Assembly (NCBI GenBank): GCA_964587725.1
Contig: CAZPLO010000006.1
Span: forward strand, 20,548 to 68,184
Reading direction: 5' to 3'
Origin: an uncultured archaeon
GTDB lineage: Archaea; Altiarchaeota; Altiarchaeia; IMC4; SCGC-AAA252-I15
DNA length: 47,637 nt
In this document: piece by piece, positions 1 to 9,495 of the stretch
Position numbering within the stretch: position 1 is the first letter of the stretch
Layout: every line of letters begins with the position of its first letter
The notes under the pieces: generated by a model
Told to the model about the DNA's origin: nothing
Database searches by the model: none
Seen by the model: the letters and a program-made list of their open reading frames with translations, nothing else
Program-made: the position numbers and the translations under genes

Positions 1-186
1 ATTCAGGTGGAAGGTAAGGGCGTGAAGGCGCTGACGGAGGACAGGAAAGACCCGGAGGTCAAGGCCGTCCTCGAGATAATGGACGGGCTGCTGGAGAAGC
101 TGCCGGACGACGACGTGGAACGGTTCTCCAAGACAACGGACTATGAACTGTACAGCCGGGTGCTGGAACGATACGGTGTGGGATAA
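1..186 (+). CDS. 3' end of a hypothetical protein (partial), coupled to the pilus ATPase
   Basis: Frame +1 is open from base 1 (IQVEGKG...VKAVLEIMDGLLEKLPDDDVERFSKTTDYELYSRVLERYGVG*). TAA at 184-186 overlaps the next ATG (TAATG). Confidence 0.75.
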   Translation: MQVEGKGVKALTEDRKDPEVKAVLEIMDGLLEKLPDDDVERFSKTTDYELYSRVLERYGVG

Positions 187-2378
187 TGGGGTTGAAACGT
201 AAGGCGGGGGAGCTGAAGAAGGCGGGTGAAGTCAGGGAGAGATTAGCCGACGCCGTGAAGCACGCCGGCAGAATAGACCTCGAATACGCTGTGGAAGCAA
301 CAGGGGCCGACAAAGACACGGTGATGAAAGCCGCTGAGGAACTCGAGAAAGACGGTATATTGAAGGTGGAGAAACACTTCATGGGGAAGACGGAGTTTGT
401 TTCGCAGAAGCCTGCGGAGGAAGCCGGCGGCACAGGGGAGCTCCTGAACATGGTCGAAGAACGGGGTTCGGTGAAGCTGAAGAATGCTGCCGCCGCATTT
501 AAGATGTCGGAGGAGACCGCACTGCAGCATGCAAACAATCTGATGGAAGACGGGCTTGTTTCATTGAACAAGCGGTTTCTGAGGGGGTACGTAATCCGCG
601 GCAGGCCGCTGAACATCGCAAGATACAGGATAGACGAGTCCGTGAGGGATAGGAGGAAGCAGGGCAGGGTAGTGTACGGCAGCGCCGACACGCTGCTCGA
701 ACTCACAGAAAAGACGGGTGGACTCACAGTGGAAGACGCGTCCAACGTCCTCGACCTACCCCGTGAGAATGTGGAGGCGTTGATAGACGACATGGGCGAT
801 CTGCTGGAGCTCACCTACCCAGCCAACCCCCTCGCGTCGCCGAAGATAAAACCGGGGTGTAAAAGGGGGGAGGGTGGGGGGAAACCCAGGGAGGGAAAGG
901 TTCTGGACTCATACGGGGTGGAGGCGGACGGCGTCCCAGCCAACATCCGCGTAGTCTCCACCGGCGACGAATCCATGCCCATATACGATGTGGAGAGGCC
1001 AGAGATAGGCAGGGGCACCAGGGCCGTGCTGAAGACGCTGATGGAGGAACTCAGCACCGACGTGAAGGTGAACGTGGAGGACATATCAGACCCCAAAAAA
1101 ATGTACGGGCTGAAAGACCGGTTTCACGCGGAGGCGAGGAAGCATCTGAGGGACCGGCTGAACCTGCCCGCCGAAGACCTGGACGTCCTCGCAGGCATTA
1201 CGGTGCACAGGATGTTCGGGCTCGGCGACATAGAAATGCTGATGCACGACGACTGGCTGGAGGAGGTGTGCGTCAACACCAGCCACTTCCCCGTCACCGC
1301 GTACCATAAACGGTTCGGGTGGGTGAAGACCAGCATCATATTGGAGGACGAGCGCCGCGTATACAACTACGCAGCCCAGATAGGCCGTAAGGTGGAGCGG
1401 GACATAACCAGCCTCGACCCCATAATGGACGCGCACCTGCTGAGCGGGGACCGCGTCAACGCCACGTTGTTCCCCATCTCCAACTTCGGGAACACCATAA
1501 CCATACGGAAGTTCGCGCGGCAGCCGTGGACGGTAACGCATTACGTGAGCGAGGACTTGAAGACATTGAACACGGAGATGGCTGCGTTCCTGTGGCTGTG
1601 CTTCCAGTATGAGTTGAACGTCATAGTCGGCGGAGGAACAGCGTCGGGAAAAACAAGCATGCTCAACAGCCTGTGCTCGCTGATACAGCCGACCCACAGG
1701 ATAATAACCATCGAGGACACCCGTGAGCTGAACCTGCCCAAGTACCTGAAGTGGAACTGGGTGCCGCTGACGACGCGGGAGCCGAACCCGGAAGGCAAGG
1801 GGGAGGTGAGCATGCTGGACCTGCTGGTGAACGCACTGCGTATGAGACCGGACCGCATAGTCATGGGCGAAATAAGGAAACGCGAGGAGGCGGAGGTGTT
1901 GTTCGAGGCCATGCACACCGGCCACTCGGTTTATTCAACCATACACGCTGACACCGCCGAAAACCTCAAGCGGAGGCTGATTGAGCCGCCGATTGAGATA
2001 CCGAGCAGCGAAATAGAGGCCCTGCATCTGATGGTCGTGGTTTACAGGGACCGGCGGATGGGTGAGCGGCGGGTGTTCGAGATAGCGGAGATAATCCCCG
2101 GCGGCGCCGGGAGGGAGTTTGAGCTCAACTACCTGTACCGTTGGAACAGCAGGGACGGGAAGTTCGCTAAAGTGAACGAAAGCAAGCGGGTTATGGACGA
2201 GCTGGGGCTGCACGCCGGCATGACAAGGGACAAAATAACTGAGGATTTGAAGGAGAAGCAGGAGGTGCTCGCCTGGATGGTGGACAACAACGTGAAGGAT
2301 TTGAACTCCGTGGGGGAGGTGATTGACGAATACTACCGCAACCCAGGGGGGTTGTTGAAGAAGGTCAGAGGAAAATGA
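186..2378 (+). CDS. Type II/IV secretion (type IV pilus assembly) ATPase, TadA/VirB11/FlaI family, with a long N-terminal extension
   Basis: Walker A GGTASGKT, TIEDTREL, LRMRPDRIVMGEIR, His box HTGH..STIHAD; followed by TadC-like genes. Confidence 0.95.
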   Translation: MGLKRKAGELKKAGEVRERLADAVKHAGRIDLEYAVEATGADKDTVMKAAEELEKDGILKVEKHFMGKTEFVSQKPAEEAGGTGELLNMVEERGSVKLKNAAAAFKMSEETALQHANNLMEDGLVSLNKRFLRGYVIRGRPLNIARYRIDESVRDRRKQGRVVYGSADTLLELTEKTGGLTVEDASNVLDLPRENVEALIDDMGDLLELTYPANPLASPKIKPGCKRGEGGGKPREGKVLDSYGVEADGVPANIRVVSTGDESMPIYDVERPEIGRGTRAVLKTLMEELSTDVKVNVEDISDPKKMYGLKDRFHAEARKHLRDRLNLPAEDLDVLAGITVHRMFGLGDIEMLMHDDWLEEVCVNTSHFPVTAYHKRFGWVKTSIILEDERRVYNYAAQIGRKVERDITSLDPIMDAHLLSGDRVNATLFPISNFGNTITIRKFARQPWTVTHYVSEDLKTLNTEMAAFLWLCFQYELNVIVGGGTASGKTSMLNSLCSLIQPTHRIITIEDTRELNLPKYLKWNWVPLTTREPNPEGKGEVSMLDLLVNALRMRPDRIVMGEIRKREEAEVLFEAMHTGHSVYSTIHADTAENLKRRLIEPPIEIPSSEIEALHLMVVVYRDRRMGERRVFEIAEIIPGGAGREFELNYLYRWNSRDGKFAKVNESKRVMDELGLHAGMTRDKITEDLKEKQEVLAWMVDNNVKDLNSVGEVIDEYYRNPGGLLKKVRGK

Positions 2379-3262
2379 GCAAGGTTCCGCTGATGGTCAT
2401 ACCCCTGGAGAACGCCGTCGTGTTGACGGCAGGGTTCCGCGGGTTCACCGGCAAACTCGCCAAACTCATGCCCAAGCTGCGGGTGGATTTGGTCGAGACG
2501 GGATTGGATGTGGATGCAGACCAGTACTTGGGCGCCAGCATACTCAACTCAGCAGCCACGGCGACGCTGCTGTTTCTCATGCTGCTGTCGTCCCTCCTGC
2601 TGTTGAACGCTGGATTGGACAGGGCCCTGTGGCTTTCAACCGCATCCGCCGCCGCAATATTCCTGCTGTTCTCTGCCGTGTTGATAGCGTACCCCAGCAT
2701 ACTAGCCGGCAAAAAGGCGGAGCTGATGGAACGCGACCTCATATACGCGCTGAAGGACATGCTGTTGGAGGTGAGCAGCGGAGCCAGCATATACATGTCG
2801 TTGAACGGCGTCGCCGAATCCGACTACGGGGAGGTGTCGAAGGAGTTCCATAAGGTGGTGGGCAAGGCGAACGCCGGCGTCCCCGTCGAAGACGCATTGG
2901 AGGATTTGGCTGTGAGGACGAGGAGCGAACACTTGAAGAACAGCATCTGGCAGATAGTGAACGCCATAAAATCCGGGTCCAGCGTCGAAGGCATACTGAG
3001 GGAGCTGGTTAAGGACTTGACCGTGGAGCGGAGGAACAAGATACGGAACTACTCCCAGGAGCTGAACGTGATGGTGTTGATTTACATGCTGTTCGCCGTC
3101 GTAATACCGACCATCGCCACCACGTTGATTATAGTGTTGGGGCCTTTCATGGGCATGGACATGGGCCCCCGCATATTCTACCTGGTGCTGCCGGCGTGCT
3201 TCACCGTCCAGATAGTGCTGATGGAGTTCATAAAAAGCAGGCGGCCGGTGGTGTACATATGA
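2375..3262 (+). CDS. Type II secretion system F family (TadB/TadC/FlaJ-like) membrane platform protein
   Basis: N-terminal TM hairpin, DYGEVSKEF..G.PVEDALEDLA, C-terminal TMs; ATGA overlap with the ATPase. Confidence 0.9.
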   Translation: MSKVPLMVIPLENAVVLTAGFRGFTGKLAKLMPKLRVDLVETGLDVDADQYLGASILNSAATATLLFLMLLSSLLLLNAGLDRALWLSTASAAAIFLLFSAVLIAYPSILAGKKAELMERDLIYALKDMLLEVSSGASIYMSLNGVAESDYGEVSKEFHKVVGKANAGVPVEDALEDLAVRTRSEHLKNSIWQIVNAIKSGSSVEGILRELVKDLTVERRNKIRNYSQELNVMVLIYMLFAVVIPTIATTLIIVLGPFMGMDMGPRIFYLVLPACFTVQIVLMEFIKSRRPVVYI

Positions 3263-4221
3263 GACGCCTCTACATAACGCTGTCGAAGCTTTACCCGCGG
3301 AACACAGTAAAAGACATGCGGGAGACGCTGAAGTATGCGGGCCTCAAGGCGGAGGCGGAAGTGTGGCTGGGGGAGTCGCTGCTGATCGCATTGTTCGTCG
3401 CCACAACAATACTGTTCCTCGCCCGCTACGGAAACCCCCTCCTGTTCATCATGCTATCTGGTCTAGCCTTCACAGTCTACATGGCGGGGGCGTTGAGCAT
3501 ACCGTATTTCATAGCCGAGAAGCGGGCGGAGGTTGTCGAAGAGAACCTCCCCAGCGTGCTGCAGCTGATGGGCTCCAACGTCCGCGCAGGCATGACGCCC
3601 TTCCAGGCGATGAAATATTCGGCTCGGAAGGAGTTCGGTCTGCTGAAGGACGAGATAGACCGCGCCACCACCAAGGCCCTGGGCACAACCTCTTTCTCGG
3701 CTGCTTTGAGGGATATCAGCGGGAACGTCCGGCTGCCGGCGCTGGAGCGAGCCATCAAACTGTTCGTCCGCAGCATAGAGTCCGGCGGCCACCTCGCCAA
3801 GATACTGGAGGAAACAGCCAGGGACATAAACGAGAATTTGATGCTGAGGAAGGAGCTGCTGAGCTCGACAAGAACCTACACCCTCCTCATCATACTGACG
3901 GTGATGCTGGGGGCGCCGGTGCTGCTGAACATCAGCATACACTTCACGGAGCGGCTGAACACCATGCGCAGCAGCTTCAGCACCGATGACGCGGCAGAAT
4001 TCGGCCTCGGATTCATGGTGGGAGAATCATTCAGCACAGATTTCCTGGTGAACGTGTCCACCGTCATAATAGTTGTGACGGCGTTCATAGCCAGCCTCCT
4101 CATCGGCGTCATAGTCAGGGGCAGGGAGAAATACGGGCTGAAATACGCGTTCGTGATGGTGCCCGTGTCCCTTATAATATTCTACGGCGTCCGCTACCTG
4201 GTTAAGGGAGTGCTAGGCTGA
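3259..4221 (+). CDS. Second T2SSF family (TadC-like) membrane protein
   Basis: Start re-assigned to ATG 3259 (ATGA overlap). VEENLPSVLQLMGSNVRAGMTP, EFGLLKDEI, SGGHLAKILEETA; several TMs. Confidence 0.9.
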   Translation: MRRLYITLSKLYPRNTVKDMRETLKYAGLKAEAEVWLGESLLIALFVATTILFLARYGNPLLFIMLSGLAFTVYMAGALSIPYFIAEKRAEVVEENLPSVLQLMGSNVRAGMTPFQAMKYSARKEFGLLKDEIDRATTKALGTTSFSAALRDISGNVRLPALERAIKLFVRSIESGGHLAKILEETARDINENLMLRKELLSSTRTYTLLIILTVMLGAPVLLNISIHFTERLNTMRSSFSTDDAAEFGLGFMVGESFSTDFLVNVSTVIIVVTAFIASLLIGVIVRGREKYGLKYAFVMVPVSLIIFYGVRYLVKGVLG

Positions 4222-4262
4222 ACTTATATAACCGGCGTACAAATAAGTTACATCCAAGGAGG
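4221..4262 (+). promoter_or_regulatory. Probable TATA box and Shine-Dalgarno sequence of the pilin gene
   Basis: TTATATAA at 4224-4231; GGAGG at 4258-4262, 7 nt before ATG 4270. Confidence 0.6.
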
Positions 4263-4269
4263 ATTAAAC

Positions 4270-4731
4270 ATGAAGAACAGGGGACAGCTTTCGACAGAAT
4301 ACCTGGTCATACTTGCAGTAGTTGTGATAGTCGCGTTGATAGTGGTTACGGTGCTGGGAGGGTTCATAGACATCGGCGGAGGAGCCTCCAGCCAGGCGTC
4401 CCGGGCCTACTGGCGGGGAGCGGACATAGGCATACTCAACTGGAAGGTCTCGCCCACCGGAACGGACTCGGACTTCGTGCTGCGCAACAACCTCGACTAC
4501 ACCATAGAGGTTACTGAGATGACCGTCGGCGGGGAAACCGTGATATCCGGTTCAGGGGACACGGTAACGCTGCCGCCCGGCAACAGCCAGACGGTTTCAG
4601 CGGACATAGACGCGTGCACCAGCGGAGCATACTCCCTGGCGGTGTCGATAACGTACGACGACGTCCAGCACGGCATAACCGACCTGAAGTTTGACGGCGT
4701 TAAAAACCTGGAGGGAACCTGCTCCACGTAG
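4270..4731 (+). CDS. Archaeal type IV pilin (class III signal peptide)
   Basis: MKNRG/QLSTEYLVILAVVVIVALIV: RG cleavage site, Q+1, E+5, hydrophobic helix; beta-rich head with two Cys. Confidence 0.9.
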   Translation: MKNRGQLSTEYLVILAVVVIVALIVVTVLGGFIDIGGGASSQASRAYWRGADIGILNWKVSPTGTDSDFVLRNNLDYTIEVTEMTVGGETVISGSGDTVTLPPGNSQTVSADIDACTSGAYSLAVSITYDDVQHGITDLKFDGVKNLEGTCST

Positions 4732-4751
4732 GTTCCCGGAAACCTTTTTTT
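4730..4751 (+). terminator. Probable pilin terminator (weak hairpin plus T tract)
   Basis: AGGTT-cccgga-AACCT running into a T7 tract between convergent genes. Confidence 0.5.
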
Positions 4752-5527
4752 CAGATAACCTGCTCGCCGGCCAGTATCTTTACGCCGTCGTCGGTTATCA
4801 TGTAGGACACCATCTCCTTCACGTGGTCGCTGCACCGCAGTTTCAGAATCTCCAACGCCTTCCTGCGCAGCTGACCCTTCCGGAGGTTGTACATGACTAC
4901 GACGCCGTCGACGATGAACTCCTCCGTCCCCGTGTTACTGTATACGTTGGGTTCCTGCTCGGTCTCGCTCACCAGGAAGTTCACTGAGTTGTGCATGTTC
5001 AACGCGTCCACGAACGCCTGGATGCACATCCTATAGTATTCCTTGTTGCTGAACGCCGACTCCAACGCGGAGATGCTATCCAATACTATGCGGTCGGGCT
5101 TGAACGGTATCTTCACCTTCCGGGAGTCCACCAGCGAAATCCTGCCGCCGTCGCCCTCAAACAACCCTATGTCTATCGAGGATTTCTTCTCCTGGTTCTC
5201 CAGCAGAGCTGTCACGTCCTCCGCCAGCGCGAACGGGTCCACCCGCTGCACCGAAAGCAGCCCCTTATCCTCCAGGGGTTCGATGTCCCAGCCGAAGTTG
5301 TTCTTCATGTGCCGCTTCAGCTTGTACTCGTCCTCCCCCAAAGAGATGTAGATGCCCTTCTCACCCTCCAATGCGGCGTTGTAGAGGGACTGCAGGGTGA
5401 ATATGGTCTTCCCCACCCCGCACCCGCCGGAAATCAACACCGTGTTGCCGCGTTCAATACCTTTCCTGGTAATCAGTTCATCGAAGGACGACACCCTCGT
5501 CTTAAGGAAATCCGTCAATTCCACCAC
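4751..5527 (-). CDS. KaiC-like/RAD55 family single-domain ATPase
   Basis: Walker A GGCGVGKT, RIVLDSISAL, EEFIVDGVV, LEILKLR; GTG start. Confidence 0.9.
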   Translation of the reverse strand: MVELTDFLKTRVSSFDELITRKGIERGNTVLISGGCGVGKTIFTLQSLYNAALEGEKGIYISLGEDEYKLKRHMKNNFGWDIEPLEDKGLLSVQRVDPFALAEDVTALLENQEKKSSIDIGLFEGDGGRISLVDSRKVKIPFKPDRIVLDSISALESAFSNKEYYRMCIQAFVDALNMHNSVNFLVSETEQEPNVYSNTGTEEFIVDGVVVMYNLRKGQLRRKALEILKLRCSDHVKEMVSYMITDDGVKILAGEQVI

Positions 5528-5582
5528 CTGAGTTAGTGATGAGAATCAGCTTAAATAAACTGGAGAACCATGTTATACTGGG

Positions 5583-6668
5583 ATGAGGGGGCTGACCGTT
5601 TTCCTGGCTTTGATGGTGTGCGCTGGCCTGGTGTGCGGCGAAAGCATGTACCGGCAGCAGCCGCTGTGGAGCTACCAGGTGAGGGAGAGGGTATATTCTC
5701 TGAAGGCCGGCAACAACACCGTGCTGGTGGGCTCCGAAGACGGTGTCGAATCCATAGACTACACCAGAACCCGGCGGTGGACCCAGACCGTTGAGGGGCG
5801 GATAACCTCCATCCACGCCGGCGATAACGTAGTCTACGCCACATCCGAAGGCCGCCTGGGTTCCCTAGACCACGGCGGCCGGCTTATGTGGGAGCGGGAG
5901 ATGCCCGGGTACGTGGGCTACGACAAAGCCGTCGACGTAAGAGACAGTGTACTCGCAGGCAGCATGGACGGGTACGTGTACCTGTTCGACCGACAGGGCG
6001 TCTTCCAGTGGAAGAGACTCATAGGCAGCTACGTCACCAACGTCCGCATACTGGGGGACAGGATTGTGGCGGTCTCCGACAGGCAGGTTTACATACTAGA
6101 CCCCGACGGCCGGGTGCGGCGAAACCTCAACATAACAGGGTACATACGCTCGTCCACCGTAACAGACAACTTGGTTGTGGTCGCGTTGGACGACAACATA
6201 ATCTACGCGTACGGATTCGACGGACAGGTGCTGTGGAACCGCAACGTGGGAGAGCACGTGGGGGTCATGCACTGGGACGGCGAGATAACCGCGGGGGTAA
6301 GGGACGGCAGGCTCATACGGTTGAGCGACGAAGGGGAGGTGCTGTGGGTGAGGAACCACAGCGGCAGCGTCGTCTCCATATGCTCGGACGGCGAATACGT
6401 GGCGGCGGGAACCATCGCTGCCGACGAAGAAGACAACCGGGTCTACTTGTATAACACCCTGGGAGGGCTGCGGTGGTTTTATGAGACGGACGGACGTCCG
6501 GTGGCGGTGGCGGTCAACGGCATTAACGTCTTGTCCGGGACCAGCACAGGCCGCGTATACTACAGCCGCCTACCCAGAAGGGATTTGTCCGCGTCTTTCA
6601 TGCTGTCCGCCGCCATAATAGTGTTGGTGGGGGCGGCCATACTGGTGGTGTCCAAGTCATGGAGGTAG
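5583..6668 (+). CDS. Secreted PQQ/BamB-like beta-propeller protein with C-terminal membrane anchor
   Basis: Signal peptide; repeated D..G...W motifs (DHGGRLMW, DRQGVFQW, FDGQVLW, DEGEVLW); C-terminal TM. Confidence 0.85.
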   Translation: MRGLTVFLALMVCAGLVCGESMYRQQPLWSYQVRERVYSLKAGNNTVLVGSEDGVESIDYTRTRRWTQTVEGRITSIHAGDNVVYATSEGRLGSLDHGGRLMWEREMPGYVGYDKAVDVRDSVLAGSMDGYVYLFDRQGVFQWKRLIGSYVTNVRILGDRIVAVSDRQVYILDPDGRVRRNLNITGYIRSSTVTDNLVVVALDDNIIYAYGFDGQVLWNRNVGEHVGVMHWDGEITAGVRDGRLIRLSDEGEVLWVRNHSGSVVSICSDGEYVAAGTIAADEEDNRVYLYNTLGGLRWFYETDGRPVAVAVNGINVLSGTSTGRVYYSRLPRRDLSASFMLSAAIIVLVGAAILVVSKSWR

Positions 6669-7828
6669 GCGTAGTCGGGAAGCCGAACGTGGGGAAGAGC
6701 ACGTTGTTCAAGGCGCTTACGCTGGCGGAGACGGAGATAGCTGCGTTCCCCTTCACCACCATAAAGGCGAACGTAGGCGTCGGCTACGTCCGCGCAGAAT
6801 GCCCGTGCAGAGAGTTCAACGTCTCATGTAATCCGAGGAACTCCCTGTGCAGGCACGGCGCCCGCTACACTGCTGTAAAGCTGATTGACGTAGCGGGCCT
6901 TGTCCCCGGAGCCCACGAAGGCAAGGGCCTCGGGAACCAGTTTTTGGACGACCTCCGGCAGGCCGACACACTAATACACGTGGTAGACGCATCCGGGCGG
7001 ACTGATGAAAAAGGGGAGGCGGCGGACGACCACGACCCGGAAGACGACATCCGCTTCCTCGAGGAGGAGGTGAACCTGTGGTTCGCGGCCATAGTGAAGC
7101 GGAACTGGAACACGGTGAAGAACAAGATACTGTATGAACGCCGGAAGCTGGTGGATGAGCTGATGGGCGTGTTATCTGGGTTGGGTGTGTCGGAAGGCCA
7201 CGTGAAGGACGCGTTGAAGGCAGCCGGCCTTGAAGGCGAGCAGGAGTGGACTGAAGAGGACTGCGAACGCTTCGCGTTCCGGCTGCGTGAGATTTCAAAG
7301 CCGATAATGATAGCGGCCAACAAGATAGATCTAGGGAGAGACAACTATGAGCGGTTGAAGGATTCATATGATATGGTTCCGGTGTGCGCGGAGGCGGAGC
7401 TTGCGCTGCGGGAGGCGGACGCCCACGGCCTCATCGAATACGCGCCGGGCGACGGCGACTTCCAAGTCACCGGGGAGTTGGACGAGAAAAGGAAGAAGGC
7501 ATTGGATTTCATACGCAAACGGATACTCAACGTTTACGGGAGCACCGGCGTGCAGGAGATACTGGACAAGGCAGTATACGACACCCTCGGCCTGATTACC
7601 GTGTATCCGGTGGAGAGCGAGTCGAGGCTGGCGGACGGGAAGGGCAACGTGCTGCCGGACAGCATACTGCTGCCTTCGGGGAGCACCGCACTGGATTTGG
7701 CATACAGGATACATACGGACATCGGAGACAAGTTCATAGGCGCGGTGGACTGCCGCACCAAAATGAAGGTTGGGAAAGAGCATGAACTCAAAGACTGCGA
7801 CGTCATAAAGATAATAACCGGTAGATAG
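6659..7828 (+). CDS. ychF: Archaeal YchF/Obg-family translation-associated NTPase with TGS domain
   Basis: GKPNVGKST, FPFTTI, DVAGLVPGAHEGKGLGNQFL, NKID, C-terminal TGS (HTDIG...LKDCDVIKI). Confidence 0.93.
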   Translation: MEVGVVGKPNVGKSTLFKALTLAETEIAAFPFTTIKANVGVGYVRAECPCREFNVSCNPRNSLCRHGARYTAVKLIDVAGLVPGAHEGKGLGNQFLDDLRQADTLIHVVDASGRTDEKGEAADDHDPEDDIRFLEEEVNLWFAAIVKRNWNTVKNKILYERRKLVDELMGVLSGLGVSEGHVKDALKAAGLEGEQEWTEEDCERFAFRLREISKPIMIAANKIDLGRDNYERLKDSYDMVPVCAEAELALREADAHGLIEYAPGDGDFQVTGELDEKRKKALDFIRKRILNVYGSTGVQEILDKAVYDTLGLITVYPVESESRLADGKGNVLPDSILLPSGSTALDLAYRIHTDIGDKFIGAVDCRTKMKVGKEHELKDCDVIKIITGR

Positions 7829-7870
7829 TTTAGATAATTTACACTTTTTTATAAACTATTTATATTTTTT
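7829..7870. terminator. T-rich terminator region between convergent genes
   Basis: Two long T tracts in an AT-rich 42-bp gap. Confidence 0.45.
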
Positions 7871-8632
7871 TCACAATAGTTTCAAAAGCTTATCCCCGCT
7901 TATTTTTATGTAGTCCCTGTCCGTCGAATGTATCTCCAATGTTACGTTGCCGTCGTAGCCCGCCTTCTTCAGTTCATCCACCACACACACATAGTCCATT
8001 CTGCCGGCACCCAACGGCAGATGGTCGTCTCTGACACCGAAGTTGTCGTGCAGGTGCACATGCATGAGACGGTCTTTGAACCGCTCAATCAGCACGCGGA
8101 CGTGGTCCGTGTTGCCCGCCCCCATGAACGCGTGGCCCACATCCAACGTGAAACCCAGCCCCGGCACCGAATCGAACAACACCTGAAGCTCGTCCGCGGA
8201 GATGTGGTCGCGTTCGAAGTTCTCGAAACACAGTTTCATGCCGCGGGAGTCCGCTTCGCCGGAGAGGGTCGACAGCGATTCCGCATACACACACAACAAC
8301 TCATCCATCCTCCTCCCCAGCTTCAGGAAATCCGGGTGTATGGTGACGTAGGGTATGTTGAGCTGGGATGCCGTGTCCAGAACACGGACGGCCTCGTCGA
8401 TGAACGCCCTCCTCACATGCTCATACGGCGACGTAATCTGGAAAAACCAGGGCATGTGGCCCACCAGCGGCAAACCGACGCCCAGCAATTCATCCCTGAC
8501 CTCAGACACCCTCTCAGGAGTCGCCTCCGGAGCCTCCACAGTCAACTCCATGTAATCCAGACCCATGGACTTGAACATGCGGGCCTCCGCTAACACGTCC
8601 TTGGACGGGTCGTTCATCGACCCGACCTTCAC
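7871..8632 (-). CDS. Sugar phosphate isomerase/epimerase (AP endonuclease 2-type TIM barrel)
   Basis: VTIHP, FENF, LDVGHA, HVHLHDN, DDHLPLGAG, TLEI. Confidence 0.88.
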   Translation of the reverse strand: MKVGSMNDPSKDVLAEARMFKSMGLDYMELTVEAPEATPERVSEVRDELLGVGLPLVGHMPWFFQITSPYEHVRRAFIDEAVRVLDTASQLNIPYVTIHPDFLKLGRRMDELLCVYAESLSTLSGEADSRGMKLCFENFERDHISADELQVLFDSVPGLGFTLDVGHAFMGAGNTDHVRVLIERFKDRLMHVHLHDNFGVRDDHLPLGAGRMDYVCVVDELKKAGYDGNVTLEIHSTDRDYIKISGDKLLKLL

Positions 8633-9117
8633 ATCACGCCCTCCAGCTTAAGCATCCTCTTTTTCAGCGACGCGCCGCCGCTGTATCCTCCGAGGCCGTT
8701 GACCGCCACCACACGGTGGCACGGTATTATGATTGGTATGGGGTTCTCCCCCAACGCGTTGGCGACCGCACGGGAGGCCCTGGGTTCCCCGATTTTCTCC
8801 GCAACCTCCTTATACGTGAGGGTGCGGCCGTAGGGTATGGAGCGGACGGCAGTCCACACCCTCTTCTGAAACCCCGTGGAAAACGTCATGTCCACAGGGT
8901 ATTTCATGAAGTCGACTGCGCGGCCGCTGAAGTAGCGTGCGAGGTCGGATTCCACTGAAATCAGCTCCCTCGACGGCTCATGCTCGGACGCTATCTTACC
9001 CAGTTCACGCTCCACCTTACCCCTGCTCTTAGACGGCAGTATCACGTGCGAAACACCCTGCCCCCTCGACGCAACAGCCATCCAGCCGAATGCGGCCTCA
9101 AATATTCTCGCGTACAT
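8629..9117 (-). CDS. ogt: Methylated-DNA--protein-cysteine methyltransferase
   Basis: FQKRVW, IPYGRTLTY, RAVANAL, active-site PCHRVV. Confidence 0.95.
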   Translation of the reverse strand: MYARIFEAAFGWMAVASRGQGVSHVILPSKSRGKVERELGKIASEHEPSRELISVESDLARYFSGRAVDFMKYPVDMTFSTGFQKRVWTAVRSIPYGRTLTYKEVAEKIGEPRASRAVANALGENPIPIIIPCHRVVAVNGLGGYSGGASLKKRMLKLEGVM

Positions 9118-9120
9118 AAC

Positions 9121-9495
9121 TCACCTGCTAAGCGCCTCCAACAGGACGTTCAATGAACCGGCGTCCTTCCGGGGGGCGTTTAATGAACCTGTGAACGGGC
9201 AAATATAAACCGTTTCCTCCCCCGACAAACCCATGTGGGTGAGCTCCACGCACTCCCACAGCAGTCTCCCAGTCATGGAGGCCTTGGAGACGCTCTTCAG
9301 CGACACCCGGTGGAACCGCCGCCCCAGGTCTTCCGTGCCGCCGTAGTACAATGCCTTGTCAGTCAATATGACCACCGCCGGCCGGTTGTCGGAGCCGTGC
9401 AGGAGGCTCGACCTCACCAGGGCGCGCATAACCCGCATGTAGTCGGCTGAATCCAACTCCCCTGAAACCGTTTTAAAATCCACCAAAGCCATCAT
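9121..9495 (-). CDS. Hypothetical protein, possibly PH-like fold
   Basis: Coupled between pdxT and ogt; VVILTDKALYY...VSLKSVSKA pattern resembles bacterial PH domains. Confidence 0.65.
   Translation of the reverse strand: MMALVDFKTVSGELDSADYMRVMRALVRSSLLHGSDNRPAVVILTDKALYYGGTEDLGRRFHRVSLKSVSKASMTGRLLWECVELTHMGLSGEETVYICPFTGSLNAPRKDAGSLNVLLEALSR

Noticed and set aside
186-4731. Archaellum operon
   Set aside because: No archaellin-type sequence or flaC-H genes; two TadC-like genes and a short pilin fit a pilus.
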